From the NCBI GenBank assembly GCA_035759745.1, contig DASTUF010000077.1, positions 4,154 to 68,153 of the forward strand: a stretch of 64,000 nucleotides of DNA, written 5' to 3'. Position 1 is the first letter of the stretch. Each line of letters begins with the position of its first letter. The stretch comes from Gemmatimonadales bacterium (lineage in GTDB: Bacteria > Gemmatimonadota > Gemmatimonadetes > Gemmatimonadales > GWC2-71-9). Of this stretch, positions 9,201 through 19,089 are shown one piece after another. The translations under genes were made by a program, and so were the position numbers. The notes beneath the pieces were generated by a model. That model saw nothing but the letters and a program-made list of their open reading frames with translations. It was not told the DNA's origin and made no database searches.

Positions 9201-10185
9201 GCAGCGCCGCAGTCCCGAGCGATTCGGGCAGGCCGAGTAGCGCGCCAACCGGCGCGCGCGCCGCCAGCCAGAGCAGGCCGGCCAGCAGGGTGGTGCGCGA
9301 GGCGGGAGATCGCGCGATCGCCAGGGCCACGAGCATCGCAAGCACGGCAAGTGCCAGCGCGACTCTACCGCCCCGCAACAGCACCCGGCCGCGGGCCTCG
9401 GCCTGGGAGGGCGGAACCGGCTGCACGCTGAAGAGCAGACGGTCTCCGGCGGTGGTCGGCTCGGCGTAGTCGAAGACATCCGCCTCGTCGTGCAGGTCGG
9501 CACCGGCGGGATGTACCAGGATGCCGACTTCGGTGGAGCGCCGGAATCGCTCCGCCACACTGCGGTCGCGGTCGGCAACGGCGGAGTCGGCCCAGATGAG
9601 CACGCTCGCCACCGACGTTCCACCCTCGGAGTGGCGACGAGTCTCCAGCAGTACGTAGTTTCCGGAGACCCGCACCGCGACGGAATCGCCGGTGGCCCGT
9701 GGTGGAAGCCTATGGCGGCCAGCCCAGGCCCAGGGCGCACCATGCTCGTCAAGGATGGCGACCGCCATTTCGGCGCCACCGGTGGGCACGGCGGCCTCCA
9801 GTGCGCGGAAGGCGGCGGGCCGCTCGAGCGCGGAAGCGGCGTCGGCGATACGCGCCAGCCGGCTGGCGCCGCGCAGCGCACGCCGGAGTTCACCGCCGAC
9901 GCTGTTGCCGTATGCTTCGAGCCGGCGCTCCCGCTCCGCGGGCCACTGACGGTCGATGGACCGCGCCGAGAGTGCCGTCATGGCCGACTGCGCGGCGAGC
10001 AGGGCGAGCAGGGATGCCAGCAGCCAGCGGGTCCGGTCCTGCCGCCGAAGCAGCAGCATCGCCGCGACGGCGGCGAACCCCGCGGCAAGCCACGCCCAGC
10101 CCAGCGGCGATCCGCGCAACCACTCGGCGGTGGCCAACGCCACCGCGAGCATCACCACCACCCACCAGCGATCCACATGCCTCAC
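6190..10185 (-). CDS. Very large multi-TM sensor histidine kinase, NtrY-like core (HAMP-PAS-HisKA-HATPase_c)
   Basis: The C-terminus contains MARQVAHEIKNPLTPVRLGIQHLQ (H-box), NLLENA, DDGVGIP and GSGLGLAIVKRLV. A PAS-like segment and a HAMP lie upstream. About 850 aa of alternating TM bundles and periplasmic segments sit at the N-terminus. The track ORF starts at 10401, but that would overlap the divergent creatininase gene. The likely start is GTG 10185/10176 or ATG 10152. Confidence 0.8.
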   Translation of the reverse strand: MRHVDRWWVVVMLAVALATAEWLRGSPLGWAWLAAGFAAVAAMLLLRRQDRTRWLLASLLALLAAQSAMTALSARSIDRQWPAERERRLEAYGNSVGGELRRALRGASRLARIADAASALERPAAFRALEAAVPTGGAEMAVAILDEHGAPWAWAGRHRLPPRATGDSVAVRVSGNYVLLETRRHSEGGTSVASVLIWADSAVADRDRSVAERFRRSTEVGILVHPAGADLHDEADVFDYAEPTTAGDRLLFSVQPVPPSQAEARGRVLLRGGRVALALAVLAMLVALAIARSPASRTTLLAGLLWLAARAPVGALLGLPESLGTAALREPLLGPFSESSGALALTGLFLLLGAVWLWRGAARTGVTHRIVALALTLLSAAALWHFGGALAPMPPAPSLGQWVLWQLSLVLIAAPLAVAAAALLRGNSPSWARHLPVVGAGLAAALSLVLTFTWGPGASWPIGVVLGYAVAIGLAVLPARVPVTIAAIAATLGVFASLELWRAHAEAAPMAAQTDVSRLAQGPDPFAVPALAALARDAVASPDPSTAADLYALWQGSELARRQFPVELWIFGDTEGATAHLALDSLSVPGDVLHAIARELPDSAGALDIRLIGAAPGAHHVLALRLRGQRALVVVAAPRTALVARSRLGHLLAPGSRPAPGYRLLLGPRVDEATPTGSSGWSRDGRILRLVGPVPLPGGIREVTARVTLSSPYSLAVRGLLFIVLDMSVLGALWLAFRALSGASGLHLGWRRILGSFRLRLALALALFFVLPTVAFALWSFSHFGDEARRGRDLLIAQTLRDAAQGAQDLLRSPGAPVDQALAGLGERVNADLALYRGGSLVATSAPVLGDLGIIPPLMDPGAFQALALDGEQEVMRAGAVPELADRVGFRVVEFGPPSGLGVLATPQPGTSLDVNGEQRELAFVLLLATLAGIAAAAFGARVASRALSRPVADLRRSAIALGQGEATPLPTSTPPVEFEPVFGAFQRMAADVRASQAALEQARRRTATVLATVTTGVVALDPDGKVMLANRSARELLGCTLTEGDEFGARLASAWAEVGDEVTRALRDPATIRDAAEFTVGERRVSLEIAPLGTELSGIVLAMTDVTDVSRAERVLAWGDMARQVAHEIKNPLTPVRLGIQHLQRVYKGGRADFGAVLDETSGRILSEIDRLDTIARAFSRFAAPPEAPTPLETVDLGTTAAEVVQLYALAGAGEAAAVALEAASGVMVGARKDEVKEVLVNLLENARAAGARKVHVRVSNGLLAVSDDGVGIPAELLPRVFEPQFSTNTSGSGLGLAIVKRLVESWGARVTVESEDGRTSVEVKFGREA

Positions 10186-10203
10186 GAAGGCCGTCCCTGG
10201 AGA

Positions 10204-10893
10204 ATGAAGGAGATGAACCCCGGCAACCTGCGGGAGCATCTCGAGGCACGGCCCGCACTGATCGTGCCGGTCGGCACCACCGAGCAGCACGGACCCCACC
10301 TGCCGCTGGGTTGCGATACCATCATCGTGGAGCGATTGGCGGATGACTTGTCGGCCGAATCCGGCGTCCCCCGAACCCCGACAGTGGAATACGGGGTACA
10401 TACCCCGACACCGTCATTCCCCGGAGGTGCGTCGGTTTCGCGCAAGACGCTGCATCGCGTCATGAACGAACTTATCGAGTCCTGGGAGGTGGGGGCAGGA
10501 GTCCGCGAGTTCCTGATTCTCACGGCCCAGGCCAACGACGCCCACCAGGAGGCGCTCAGCACTATCCGCACCGAGGTCAGCCAAGTACTGGTGGTGGACA
10601 TCTTCTCGCTCGACTTCACCGGCCTGCTGGAACGGCCCGACCTGCCGGTCCAGGGCGGCGAGCTCGACACTTCCCTGCTGCTCCACATAGCGCCTGACCT
10701 GGTCCGGATGGATCTGGCTCGCGACTACCTGCCGCCCAGTGGGCGTGACCGGTTCAAGCCCGGCTCGAGCAAGCGGCTGCCGGAAGGCTTTCCCGGCTCG
10801 GTCGGGTATCCCTCGTTGGCCACAGCCGAGAAGGGCGAACGGCTGTATACTTTCATGCTGGAGCAGGTGCGCCGATGCCTGCAGCAATGTTGA
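10204..10893 (+). CDS. Creatininase-family amidohydrolase
   Basis: MKEMNPGNLREHLEARPALIVPVGTTEQHGPHLPLGCDTIIVERLADDL matches the creatininase fold signature (GxxEQHGPHLPLxxD). ATG at 10204 is in frame with track ORF 9490..10893, whose upstream part is antisense to the kinase. Confidence 0.75.
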   Translation: MKEMNPGNLREHLEARPALIVPVGTTEQHGPHLPLGCDTIIVERLADDLSAESGVPRTPTVEYGVHTPTPSFPGGASVSRKTLHRVMNELIESWEVGAGVREFLILTAQANDAHQEALSTIRTEVSQVLVVDIFSLDFTGLLERPDLPVQGGELDTSLLLHIAPDLVRMDLARDYLPPSGRDRFKPGSSKRLPEGFPGSVGYPSLATAEKGERLYTFMLEQVRRCLQQC

Positions 10894-10910
10894 CCCCCGG
10901 GAGATCCCGC

Positions 10911-11534
10911 ATGCGCCTTGCCGCTCTGCTGCTTGTGCTTGCCGCCTCGCCCGCGTTCGCGCAGGCGGGGGGACGGGTTCTCGTGGTCTCCAGGGGAGGC
11001 GCCGAGATCGGGCGGGAGCAGTTCACCCTGACCGACGGCCGGGACCGGGACGCCGCAGGGACGACGCTGGTCATTTCCAGCTCGTACCCGGGCGAATCGC
11101 CGGTGCAGAATCTCGATGTGAAGCTCCAGCGCGACGATTCGGGCCAGTTGATGCTCTTTCAGATGGACGTGAAGGGCGCCGGCGGCACGACCCACATCCT
11201 GGCCGCGGGTCAGGGCGCGCGGCTGCTCCTCCAGACCGTGGCCGAGAACGAGAAGGCTGGCCGGGAGTTGCCGGGCGGCCGCAACCTGGTGCTGCTGGAC
11301 GACCAGGCACTCATGCTCTATCAGGCGGTGGCCGACCTCGCCACGGAATCGGGAGCCCGGCTGATTGCCATCGAACCTCGCACCGGCGCGCGCTCACAGA
11401 TCACAGCCACCCGTGCAGCCGGCGGAAACGTGGCATTGAGTGGCGGGGTGACCGGCACGCTGGGTGTTGACGCTCAGGGCCTGCTCACCAGTGTCGATCT
11501 GCCGTCGTCGGGTCTCTCCGCCCAGGTCCGCTGA
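10911..11534 (+). CDS. Secreted hypothetical protein
   Basis: MRLAALLLVLAASPAFAQAGG signal peptide from ATG 10911. High GC3. No recognisable domain. Confidence 0.55.
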   Translation: MRLAALLLVLAASPAFAQAGGRVLVVSRGGAEIGREQFTLTDGRDRDAAGTTLVISSSYPGESPVQNLDVKLQRDDSGQLMLFQMDVKGAGGTTHILAAGQGARLLLQTVAENEKAGRELPGGRNLVLLDDQALMLYQAVADLATESGARLIAIEPRTGARSQITATRAAGGNVALSGGVTGTLGVDAQGLLTSVDLPSSGLSAQVR

Positions 11535-11657
11535 GCCCTCAGCGTTCGCAAGTCACGATCCTACATCATTATCGAGGCATGTCGTCGCAAGGTGAAACCT
11601 TGGGGCGGCCCTGCCCGTAAGTGCCTCCGACTCTGCCACCTGATGAGGAAATCTCGC

Positions 11658-13193
11658 ATGGCTCGACCTGTCGCTGCCCGCACGCTGCGTGCGACCCTGA
11701 CGCTCCTGTTCCTGCCGCTGCCGGTGCTGGCGGCGCAGGACACCACAGCCGTGCGTCCCGCACCAACGGTGTCGCTGACGCTGGCCGAGGCGCTCCAGAC
11801 CGCCACCGCCAACAGCCCCGCCTATCGCAGCGCACTCAATGATGCCGGGCCGGCACGCTGGGGAGTGCGCAACGCCTGGGCGTCGGCAGTGCTGCCCTCG
11901 GCGTCGGTGTCCACCGGGCTGGGCTACAACGGCGCCGGCAGCTCGACCTTCGGCGGCACCGAGTTCCGGCAGACGTCGCCAACGCTCACGTCCAATTACT
12001 CGATTGGACTGTCCTGGGAACTGAGCGGCCAGACGCTGACGGCGCCGGGGCGCGCGAAGGCCAATGCGCGGGCGGTCACCGAGAACATTGCGGGTGCGGG
12101 CGTGCAACTTCGGGCCGACGTGACCCGTCAGTACCTGCTGGCCCTGCAGAACGAAGCCCAGGTGGTGGTGGCGCGGGAGCAGGTCTCCCGCAATGAGGAC
12201 TTCGTCCGGCTGGCGCAGGCGCGGTATGACGTGGGCCAGGCAACGCTGCTGGATGTGCGCCAGGCCCAGGTCACCAAGGGAACGTCGGACGTGGCGCTGC
12301 TGCAGGCACTGCAGGCGGCGGCCGATGCCAAGCTGGAGCTGTTCCGGCTCATGGGCATCGAGATCCCCGCGGACCCGTCGCTCATCGCGCTGCCGGACAG
12401 CTTTCCCGTGTCCGACCCCGCATGGGAGCTGGAGACACTGCTGGCCACGGCTGATGAGCAGAATCCTGAAGTGCGGGCCGCGGCAGCCCGTGAAGATGCA
12501 GCCAGTTCGCAGCTGGCGGCGGCCAAGAGCCAGTATCTGCCGCGGCTGAGCGTGAGCGCCGGATGGAGCGGGTTTGCCCAGGAGTTCACCGACGAGGAAC
12601 TGCTCCTGAGCGGACAGCTGGCCGGCGCGCAGGGCGGGTATGCGTCCTGCCTCGACAACAACGTGATCCGTTCCAGTGCCGGACTCTCGACCAACAACTG
12701 CCTGGCGTCGAACGGGCTGGTCGATCCCAACACGCTGGATCCCGCTGTCGTGAGCGCGTTCCGGGAGAACAACAACGTCTTCCCGTTCAACTACACCCGG
12801 TCGCCCTTCGGCGCGTCGCTGTCGATCTCGTTGCCGATCTTCACCGGATTCTCCCGCCAGCTGCAGGTGGCTGAGGCCGGTGCTGCTCGGGAGGACGCGG
12901 ACGAGGCGCTCCGGGCCCAGCGGCTGCTGGTGCGGTCGGCGGTGCGCAGCCGGTTCGCCGCCGTGCACACGGCGCACAGCTCGATCTCGGTGCAGGCCGC
13001 TGCGCGTGACGCCGCCCGGGAGCAGTTGCGGCTGGCACAGGACCGCTACCGCGTGGGCAGCGGCACCGCGCTGGAGCTGGCCGATGCCCAGGCCGCCGTG
13101 CAGGGCGCCGAGGGCGACTACGTCAATGCCATTTACAGCTATCACATCGCCATCGCGGACCTGGAAGCCGCGGTCGGCCGTCCCCTTCGCTGA
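11658..13193 (+). CDS. TolC-family outer membrane efflux protein
   Basis: Signal peptide MARPVAARTLRATLTLLFLPLPVLAAQD. Duplicated OEP repeats (LTLAEALQTATANSPAYRSAL..., ARYDVGQATLLDVRQAQ, DRYRVGSGTALELADAQ). Start chosen at ATG 11658 inside track ORF 11592..13193. Confidence 0.85.
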   Translation: MARPVAARTLRATLTLLFLPLPVLAAQDTTAVRPAPTVSLTLAEALQTATANSPAYRSALNDAGPARWGVRNAWASAVLPSASVSTGLGYNGAGSSTFGGTEFRQTSPTLTSNYSIGLSWELSGQTLTAPGRAKANARAVTENIAGAGVQLRADVTRQYLLALQNEAQVVVAREQVSRNEDFVRLAQARYDVGQATLLDVRQAQVTKGTSDVALLQALQAAADAKLELFRLMGIEIPADPSLIALPDSFPVSDPAWELETLLATADEQNPEVRAAAAREDAASSQLAAAKSQYLPRLSVSAGWSGFAQEFTDEELLLSGQLAGAQGGYASCLDNNVIRSSAGLSTNNCLASNGLVDPNTLDPAVVSAFRENNNVFPFNYTRSPFGASLSISLPIFTGFSRQLQVAEAGAAREDADEALRAQRLLVRSAVRSRFAAVHTAHSSISVQAAARDAAREQLRLAQDRYRVGSGTALELADAQAAVQGAEGDYVNAIYSYHIAIADLEAAVGRPLR

Positions 13194-13205
13194 CGAGGAT
13201 CGGAC

Positions 13206-14525
13206 ATGACCCGCAGGACAAAGTTTGGAATTTTCGGGGCCATCGCCCTGGTCGTCGTGGTGGGGCTGTTCATGATGAGCCGCTCGCGCCGCGCCAACGC
13301 CTCCACGGAAGTCCGCATGGACACCGTTGCGACCCGCGACCTGGTCGCCGCGGTCACGGCGAGTGGACGGATCGAGGCCAAGTCGCAGGTGGACATCAGT
13401 GCCGACATCACCGGCCGGATCATCCAGATCGCGGTGAAGGAGGGCGACTGGGTCACCAAGGGCCAGTTCCTGCTGCAGATCGATCCGTCCGAATACCAGG
13501 CGTCGGTCTCGCGCGCCGAGGGTGTGGTCGCATCCAGCCAGGCATCGGTGGTCCAGGCGCGCGCCAACCGCGACCAGGCGAAGCGCGCGGCCGACCGCGC
13601 CAACGAGCTGGCCAAGGCGGGCCCGAACCTGATCGCACCTGAGATGGTCGAGCAGGCGGTGACGGCGCACGAGGTGGCCCAGGCCAACCTCCGCGCCAGC
13701 GAGGCCACGATGGACCAGGCCCGCGCGGGGCTGCGGCAGGCGCAGGAGCAGCTGTCCAAGACCCGGCTGGTGGCGCCGATGGCCGGCCGGGTCGTGCGAG
13801 TGGCGAAAGAAGTGGGCGAAGTCGCGGTTCAGGGCACCTTCTCCAGCGAGCAGGCGCTGCTGGTGACCATCGCCGACTTGTCGGTCATCCAGGCCACTGT
13901 GAAGGTCGACGAGACCGACGTGGTGCGGCTCACCGAGGGCGACTCGGTCGAGGTCACCATCGACGCCTTCCCCGACAGCACCTTCGCCGGGCGTGTGACC
14001 AAGGTCAGCAACAGCGCGCTGCTCTCGGCCACGGCAACCGCCAGCGGCTCGACCGATCAGGCGGTGGACTTCGAGGTCGAAATCACCCTCGACAACCCGC
14101 CGGCCGACATCCGCCCCGACCTGAGCTGCACGGCGCGCATCGTCACCGATGTCCGCGAAGATGTGATGAGCGTACCCATCATCGCCCTCACCGTGCGCGA
14201 CAACACGCCGGTGCCGTCCGAGCGGGGCGCGGGATCCACCCCGCTGACCGACACGGATACGACCGGGCCGGCCACCGCGCCAGGCGACAGCGGATCGAAG
14301 CGCAACGAGTCCGAAGGCGTCTTCGTGGTCAACGGCGGCGTGGCGACCTTCCGTCCGGTCAAGGTGGGAATCGCCGGGGATGAGCACTTCGAGATCCTGA
14401 GCGGGTTGCAGGTGGGCGACAGCATCGTGTCCGGCACCTACCAGACCATCCGCGATCTCCGCGACAGTACCCGGGTCCGGGCCATGCCGGCCACGATGCC
14501 GGGCGCCCAGGGGGCACGCAGCTGA
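13206..14525 (+). CDS. HlyD/MacA-type periplasmic adaptor (membrane fusion protein)
   Basis: 439 aa. N-terminal TM, coiled-coil hairpin ([25 protein letters not shown]...), [10 protein letters not shown] lipoyl motif, beta-barrel C-terminus. Confidence 0.88.
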   Translation: MTRRTKFGIFGAIALVVVVGLFMMSRSRRANASTEVRMDTVATRDLVAAVTASGRIEAKSQVDISADITGRIIQIAVKEGDWVTKGQFLLQIDPSEYQASVSRAEGVVASSQASVVQARANRDQAKRAADRANELAKAGPNLIAPEMVEQAVTAHEVAQANLRASEATMDQARAGLRQAQEQLSKTRLVAPMAGRVVRVAKEVGEVAVQGTFSSEQALLVTIADLSVIQATVKVDETDVVRLTEGDSVEVTIDAFPDSTFAGRVTKVSNSALLSATATASGSTDQAVDFEVEITLDNPPADIRPDLSCTARIVTDVREDVMSVPIIALTVRDNTPVPSERGAGSTPLTDTDTTGPATAPGDSGSKRNESEGVFVVNGGVATFRPVKVGIAGDEHFEILSGLQVGDSIVSGTYQTIRDLRDSTRVRAMPATMPGAQGARS

Positions 14526-15226
14526 TGCAGTCCGACATCATCCGGATCGAGGGACTCGAGCGTCGCTATGACATGGGCGGCGAGATCATCCACGCACTGC
14601 GAGGGGTGTCGCTCACGATCAGCCGGAACGAATACGTCGCGATCATGGGCCCGTCCGGTTCGGGCAAGTCCACGATGATGAATGTCCTGGGCTGCCTGGA
14701 TACACCCGACGCCGGCAGCTACTGGCTCAACGGCCAGGAGGTGTCACAGCTGACTGATGACGCGCTGGCACGCGTCCGCAACAAGGAGATCGGGTTCGTG
14801 TTCCAGACCTTCAACCTGCTGCCCCGTGCCTCCGCGTTGCACAACGTGGAGCTGCCGCTGGTCTATGCCGGCGTATCCGGCGCGGACCGGAGTGAGCGCG
14901 CGCGGCAGGCACTGGAACGAGTGGGACTGGGCGACCGCATGCACCACCGGCCCAATGAGCTGTCGGGGGGCCAGCGCCAGCGAGTGGCGATTGCCCGGGC
15001 GCTGGTCAACCAGCCCAGCATCCTGCTGGCCGACGAACCGACCGGCAACCTCGACAGCAGCACCAGCGAGGAGATCATGGCGGTCTTCGCCGAGCTGCAC
15101 CGGCTGGGGCAGACGGTGATCATGGTGACCCACGAGCCCGACATCGCCGAGCACGCCGAGCGGGTGGTGACGCTGCGCGACGGCCGGGTCGAGTCCGACC
15201 GCCTCAACCAGGAAAGCGCGGCCTGA
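14525..15226 (+). CDS. ABC transporter ATP-binding protein (MacB/LolD-type)
   Basis: 233 aa. Walker [10 protein letters not shown], signature [15 protein letters not shown], Walker [14 protein letters not shown]-loop VTHE. Its start overlaps the MFP stop (TGATG). Confidence 0.93.
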   Translation: MQSDIIRIEGLERRYDMGGEIIHALRGVSLTISRNEYVAIMGPSGSGKSTMMNVLGCLDTPDAGSYWLNGQEVSQLTDDALARVRNKEIGFVFQTFNLLPRASALHNVELPLVYAGVSGADRSERARQALERVGLGDRMHHRPNELSGGQRQRVAIARALVNQPSILLADEPTGNLDSSTSEEIMAVFAELHRLGQTVIMVTHEPDIAEHAERVVTLRDGRVESDRLNQESAA

Positions 15227-15227
15227 C

Positions 15228-16469
<1,242 letters not shown>

Positions 16470-17723
16470 ATGGCCATCGGTACCACGCTCACCCGGATGA
16501 CCGAGGGCGTCGGCATTGCCCTCGACTCGGTGCGCGCCAGCAAGGTGCGCGCCTTCCTCACCATCCTCGGTGTCGCCATCGGGGTCATGGTGGTGATCGC
16601 GATCGGGTCGGCCATCACCGGCATCAACCGGAGCGTCACCGGCATGCTGGAGAGCGCCGGGCCCAAGACCTTCTTCGTGTTCCGGTTCTTCCGCGACGGC
16701 ATCCAGATCTCGGACGGCTCCGACGAACTTTCCCCGTGGCGCCGCAACCCGTGGCTGACGGTGGAGGAGGCCGAGCTCATCCGGCGGCTGCCGTCGGTCC
16801 GGGACGTGTCCGTCTCGGAGAACACGGGGGGCCCGGTGAGTTACGGCACCACCGATCTGACGGGCGTCGGCATCGCCGGCTTCGGCCCCGCCTGGGTGCT
16901 GGTCAACGGCGGCGAGATCCGGGCGGGGCGCAGCTTCACACCGGTGGAGTACGCCGCCGGATCCCATGTGGCGGTGATCAACGACAAGCTGGCCGAACAG
17001 CTCTTCCCCGGGCTCGACCCCATCGGCAGGCGAATCAAGATCTTCGGCCAGCCATTCACCGTGGTGGGGTTGCACGTCGAGGCCGCATCGCTGTTCGGCG
17101 GCGGCGGCGACCCGCGGCTGGCCATGCCCCACACCACCTTCACCAAGGTGGCGGATTACTGGAAGGGCTGGATGGACATCGCGGTCCTGCCCACTGACGA
17201 TGCGACCGTGGCCGACGCCCAGGACGAGGTCATCGGCGCGCTGCGCGGCTCCCGTGGGCTCAAGCCGGGCGAGGAGAACAACTTCGCCATCGTGACGCAG
17301 GACCGCTTCCTCGCCATGTGGAGCAAGGTGACGGGCGGGTTCTTCATGGTGATGATTGCGCTCTCCAGCGTCGGCTTGATGGTGGGCGGTGTCGGCGTGG
17401 TGGCGATCATGATGATCTCGGTGACTGAACGCACCCGCGAGATCGGGGTACGCAAGGCGCTGGGCGCCACCCGGGGTGAGATCATGTTCCAGTTCCTGGT
17501 CGAGGCGGCCACGCTCACGCTGATCGGCTGCGTCGCCGGCATCGGACTGGGAGCGCTGATAGCGTGGGGCGTGCGAACCTGGTCACCGATTCCGGCCCAG
17601 GTGCCCGTCGGCTCGGTAGTGGCCGCCGTGCTGGCCTCGATCCTGACGGGCGTCGTATTCGGGCTCTATCCGGCCTCCAAGGCATCGCGGCTGGACCCGG
17701 TGGAGGCGCTACGCTATGAGTAG
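16470..17723 (+). CDS. ABC transporter permease 2 of 4, FtsX/MacB-type
   Basis: 417 aa with the same architecture. ERTREIGVRKALGA. ATG immediately follows the stop of permease 1. Confidence 0.88.
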   Translation: MAIGTTLTRMTEGVGIALDSVRASKVRAFLTILGVAIGVMVVIAIGSAITGINRSVTGMLESAGPKTFFVFRFFRDGIQISDGSDELSPWRRNPWLTVEEAELIRRLPSVRDVSVSENTGGPVSYGTTDLTGVGIAGFGPAWVLVNGGEIRAGRSFTPVEYAAGSHVAVINDKLAEQLFPGLDPIGRRIKIFGQPFTVVGLHVEAASLFGGGGDPRLAMPHTTFTKVADYWKGWMDIAVLPTDDATVADAQDEVIGALRGSRGLKPGEENNFAIVTQDRFLAMWSKVTGGFFMVMIALSSVGLMVGGVGVVAIMMISVTERTREIGVRKALGATRGEIMFQFLVEAATLTLIGCVAGIGLGALIAWGVRTWSPIPAQVPVGSVVAAVLASILTGVVFGLYPASKASRLDPVEALRYE

Positions 17724-17832
17724 CTAGTGGGAAGTGGGAAGTGGGAAGTGGAAAGTGGGGAGTGGGGAGTGGGGAGTGGATGGTAGACTTCTACTTCCTA
17801 CTTCCCACTTCCCACTTCCCACTTCCCACTAG
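17724..17832. repeat. Heptamer tandem repeat palindrome, GGGAAGT/GGGGAGT family, inside the efflux operon
   Basis: ctag(tgggaag)x3 tggaaag (tggggag)x3 tgg..loop..cttctac ttcctac (ttcccac)x4 tag. It starts the nt after the permease-2 stop and ends 12 nt before the permease-3 ATG. The outer ~30 nt of the arms are perfectly complementary. Confidence 0.9.
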
Positions 17833-17844
17833 ATAGTTTGTACC

Positions 17845-19089
17845 ATGCCCTACCTCGAGGCCCTCCGCCTGGCCCTTCACGCCATCGTCGGCAGCAAGCT
17901 CCGTTCGGTCTTCACCCTTCTCGGCATCATCGTCAGCGTCGGATTCCTGGTGGCCGTGGTGGCCATCATCCAGGGCATGAACGCCTATGTCCGCGAGAAC
18001 CTGACCAGCGCCATCATCGGCACCAACGCCTTCCAGGTACGGCGGGACCCCATCGCGCCGGGACTACTCGACGAAGAGACCATCCGGGCAATAGCCCGGC
18101 GCCCTCGCATCACCCGAGACGACGCTGCCGCGGTGGAAGCCGCGCTGCCGGATGCCTATGCGGTCGCGCTGCAGTCAGGCTATCCCACGCCGACCGCCGA
18201 CGTGGTGTGGGGCAGCGAACGGCTCCGCAGCGTCATGATCTTCGGCGTGACCCCGCCCTACCAGCTGGTGCAGGACTACGAGGTCGTCGCGGGCGAGGCC
18301 CTGGCCGATCCCGACGTCCGTGAGCGCCGCCATGTTGGTGTGCTGGGCTGGGATGTGGCGGACAATCTGTTCGGCAGCCCCGAGGGCGCCGTGGGACGCC
18401 GGATCCGGGTGGGCGGGCGCGAGATCCGGGTCAAGGGTGTCATGGCCCAGAAGGGCCGCGTGCTCGGGCAGTCGTTCGATGCCTTCATCCTGCTGCCCAT
18501 CACGTCCTTCGAGTCGATCTACGGCCGTCGCCTGACCACCGTCGTGTCGGTCAAGATGCGTGACGCGGAGTCCATTCCGGGCGCCATGGCCCGGGCCGAG
18601 GAGGCGATGCGGCTGGCGCACAAGCTGCGCCCCGGCCAGGACAACGATTTCACCGTCGACAAGGCCGACGCCCTGATGGACTTCTGGCAGACGCTCACCC
18701 GGCTGCTGTTCACCATTGTGCCGGCGGTGGTCTGCATTGGCATCGTGGTGGGCGGGATCGTCATCATGAACATCATGCTGATGACGGTCAATGAGCGAAC
18801 CCGCGAGATCGGGATTCGCAAGGCGATCGGTGCGCGGCAAAGCGACATCCGCCGGCAGTTCCTGGTGGAGGCGGTGTGCCTGTCGGCGCTCGGCGGCCTG
18901 CTCGGCGTAGCGGCCGGCGCCGCGCTCGCTGCCGTCGTCGGCACATTGTCGCCCCTCCCCGCCCGGGTGACAGCGTGGAGCGTCGGGCTGTCGCTCCTTT
19001 TGGGCGCAGGGACCGGCATCCTGTTCGGGGTGTATCCCGCGGCGCGCGCCGCCAGGCTGGATCCCATCACCGCGCTCCGGGCCGAATGA
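17845..19089 (+). CDS. ABC transporter permease 3 of 4, FtsX/MacB-type
   Basis: 414 aa. KLRSVFTLLGIIVSVGFLVAVVAIIQG and ERTREIGIRKAIGA. Confidence 0.88.
   Translation: MPYLEALRLALHAIVGSKLRSVFTLLGIIVSVGFLVAVVAIIQGMNAYVRENLTSAIIGTNAFQVRRDPIAPGLLDEETIRAIARRPRITRDDAAAVEAALPDAYAVALQSGYPTPTADVVWGSERLRSVMIFGVTPPYQLVQDYEVVAGEALADPDVRERRHVGVLGWDVADNLFGSPEGAVGRRIRVGGREIRVKGVMAQKGRVLGQSFDAFILLPITSFESIYGRRLTTVVSVKMRDAESIPGAMARAEEAMRLAHKLRPGQDNDFTVDKADALMDFWQTLTRLLFTIVPAVVCIGIVVGGIVIMNIMLMTVNERTREIGIRKAIGARQSDIRRQFLVEAVCLSALGGLLGVAAGAALAAVVGTLSPLPARVTAWSVGLSLLLGAGTGILFGVYPAARAARLDPITALRAE

Noticed and set aside
9490-10203. Upstream 238 codons of track ORF 9490-10893.
   Set aside because: They are antisense to the sensor kinase N-terminus. 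The creatininase homology begins only at MKEMNPGN (10204).
11553-14387. 944-aa minus-strand ORF spanning the TolC and adaptor genes. Similar long antisense ORFs occur at 15204-17132, 18519-20342, 40976-43207, 52679-54697, 57139-58821, 5189-6100 and 3594-4508.
   Set aside because: These are shadow ORFs typical of high-GC DNA. They are Arg/Gly/Pro/His-rich low-complexity translations with no motifs, and they lie antisense to genes with clear family signatures and correct GC3 phasing.
17724-17832. Heptamer arrays (this and the other loci) as CRISPR arrays.
   Set aside because: The units are 7 nt and directly abutting, with no spacers. There are no cas genes in the window, and the arms are mutually inverted. 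They are microsatellite/hairpin repeats, not CRISPR.
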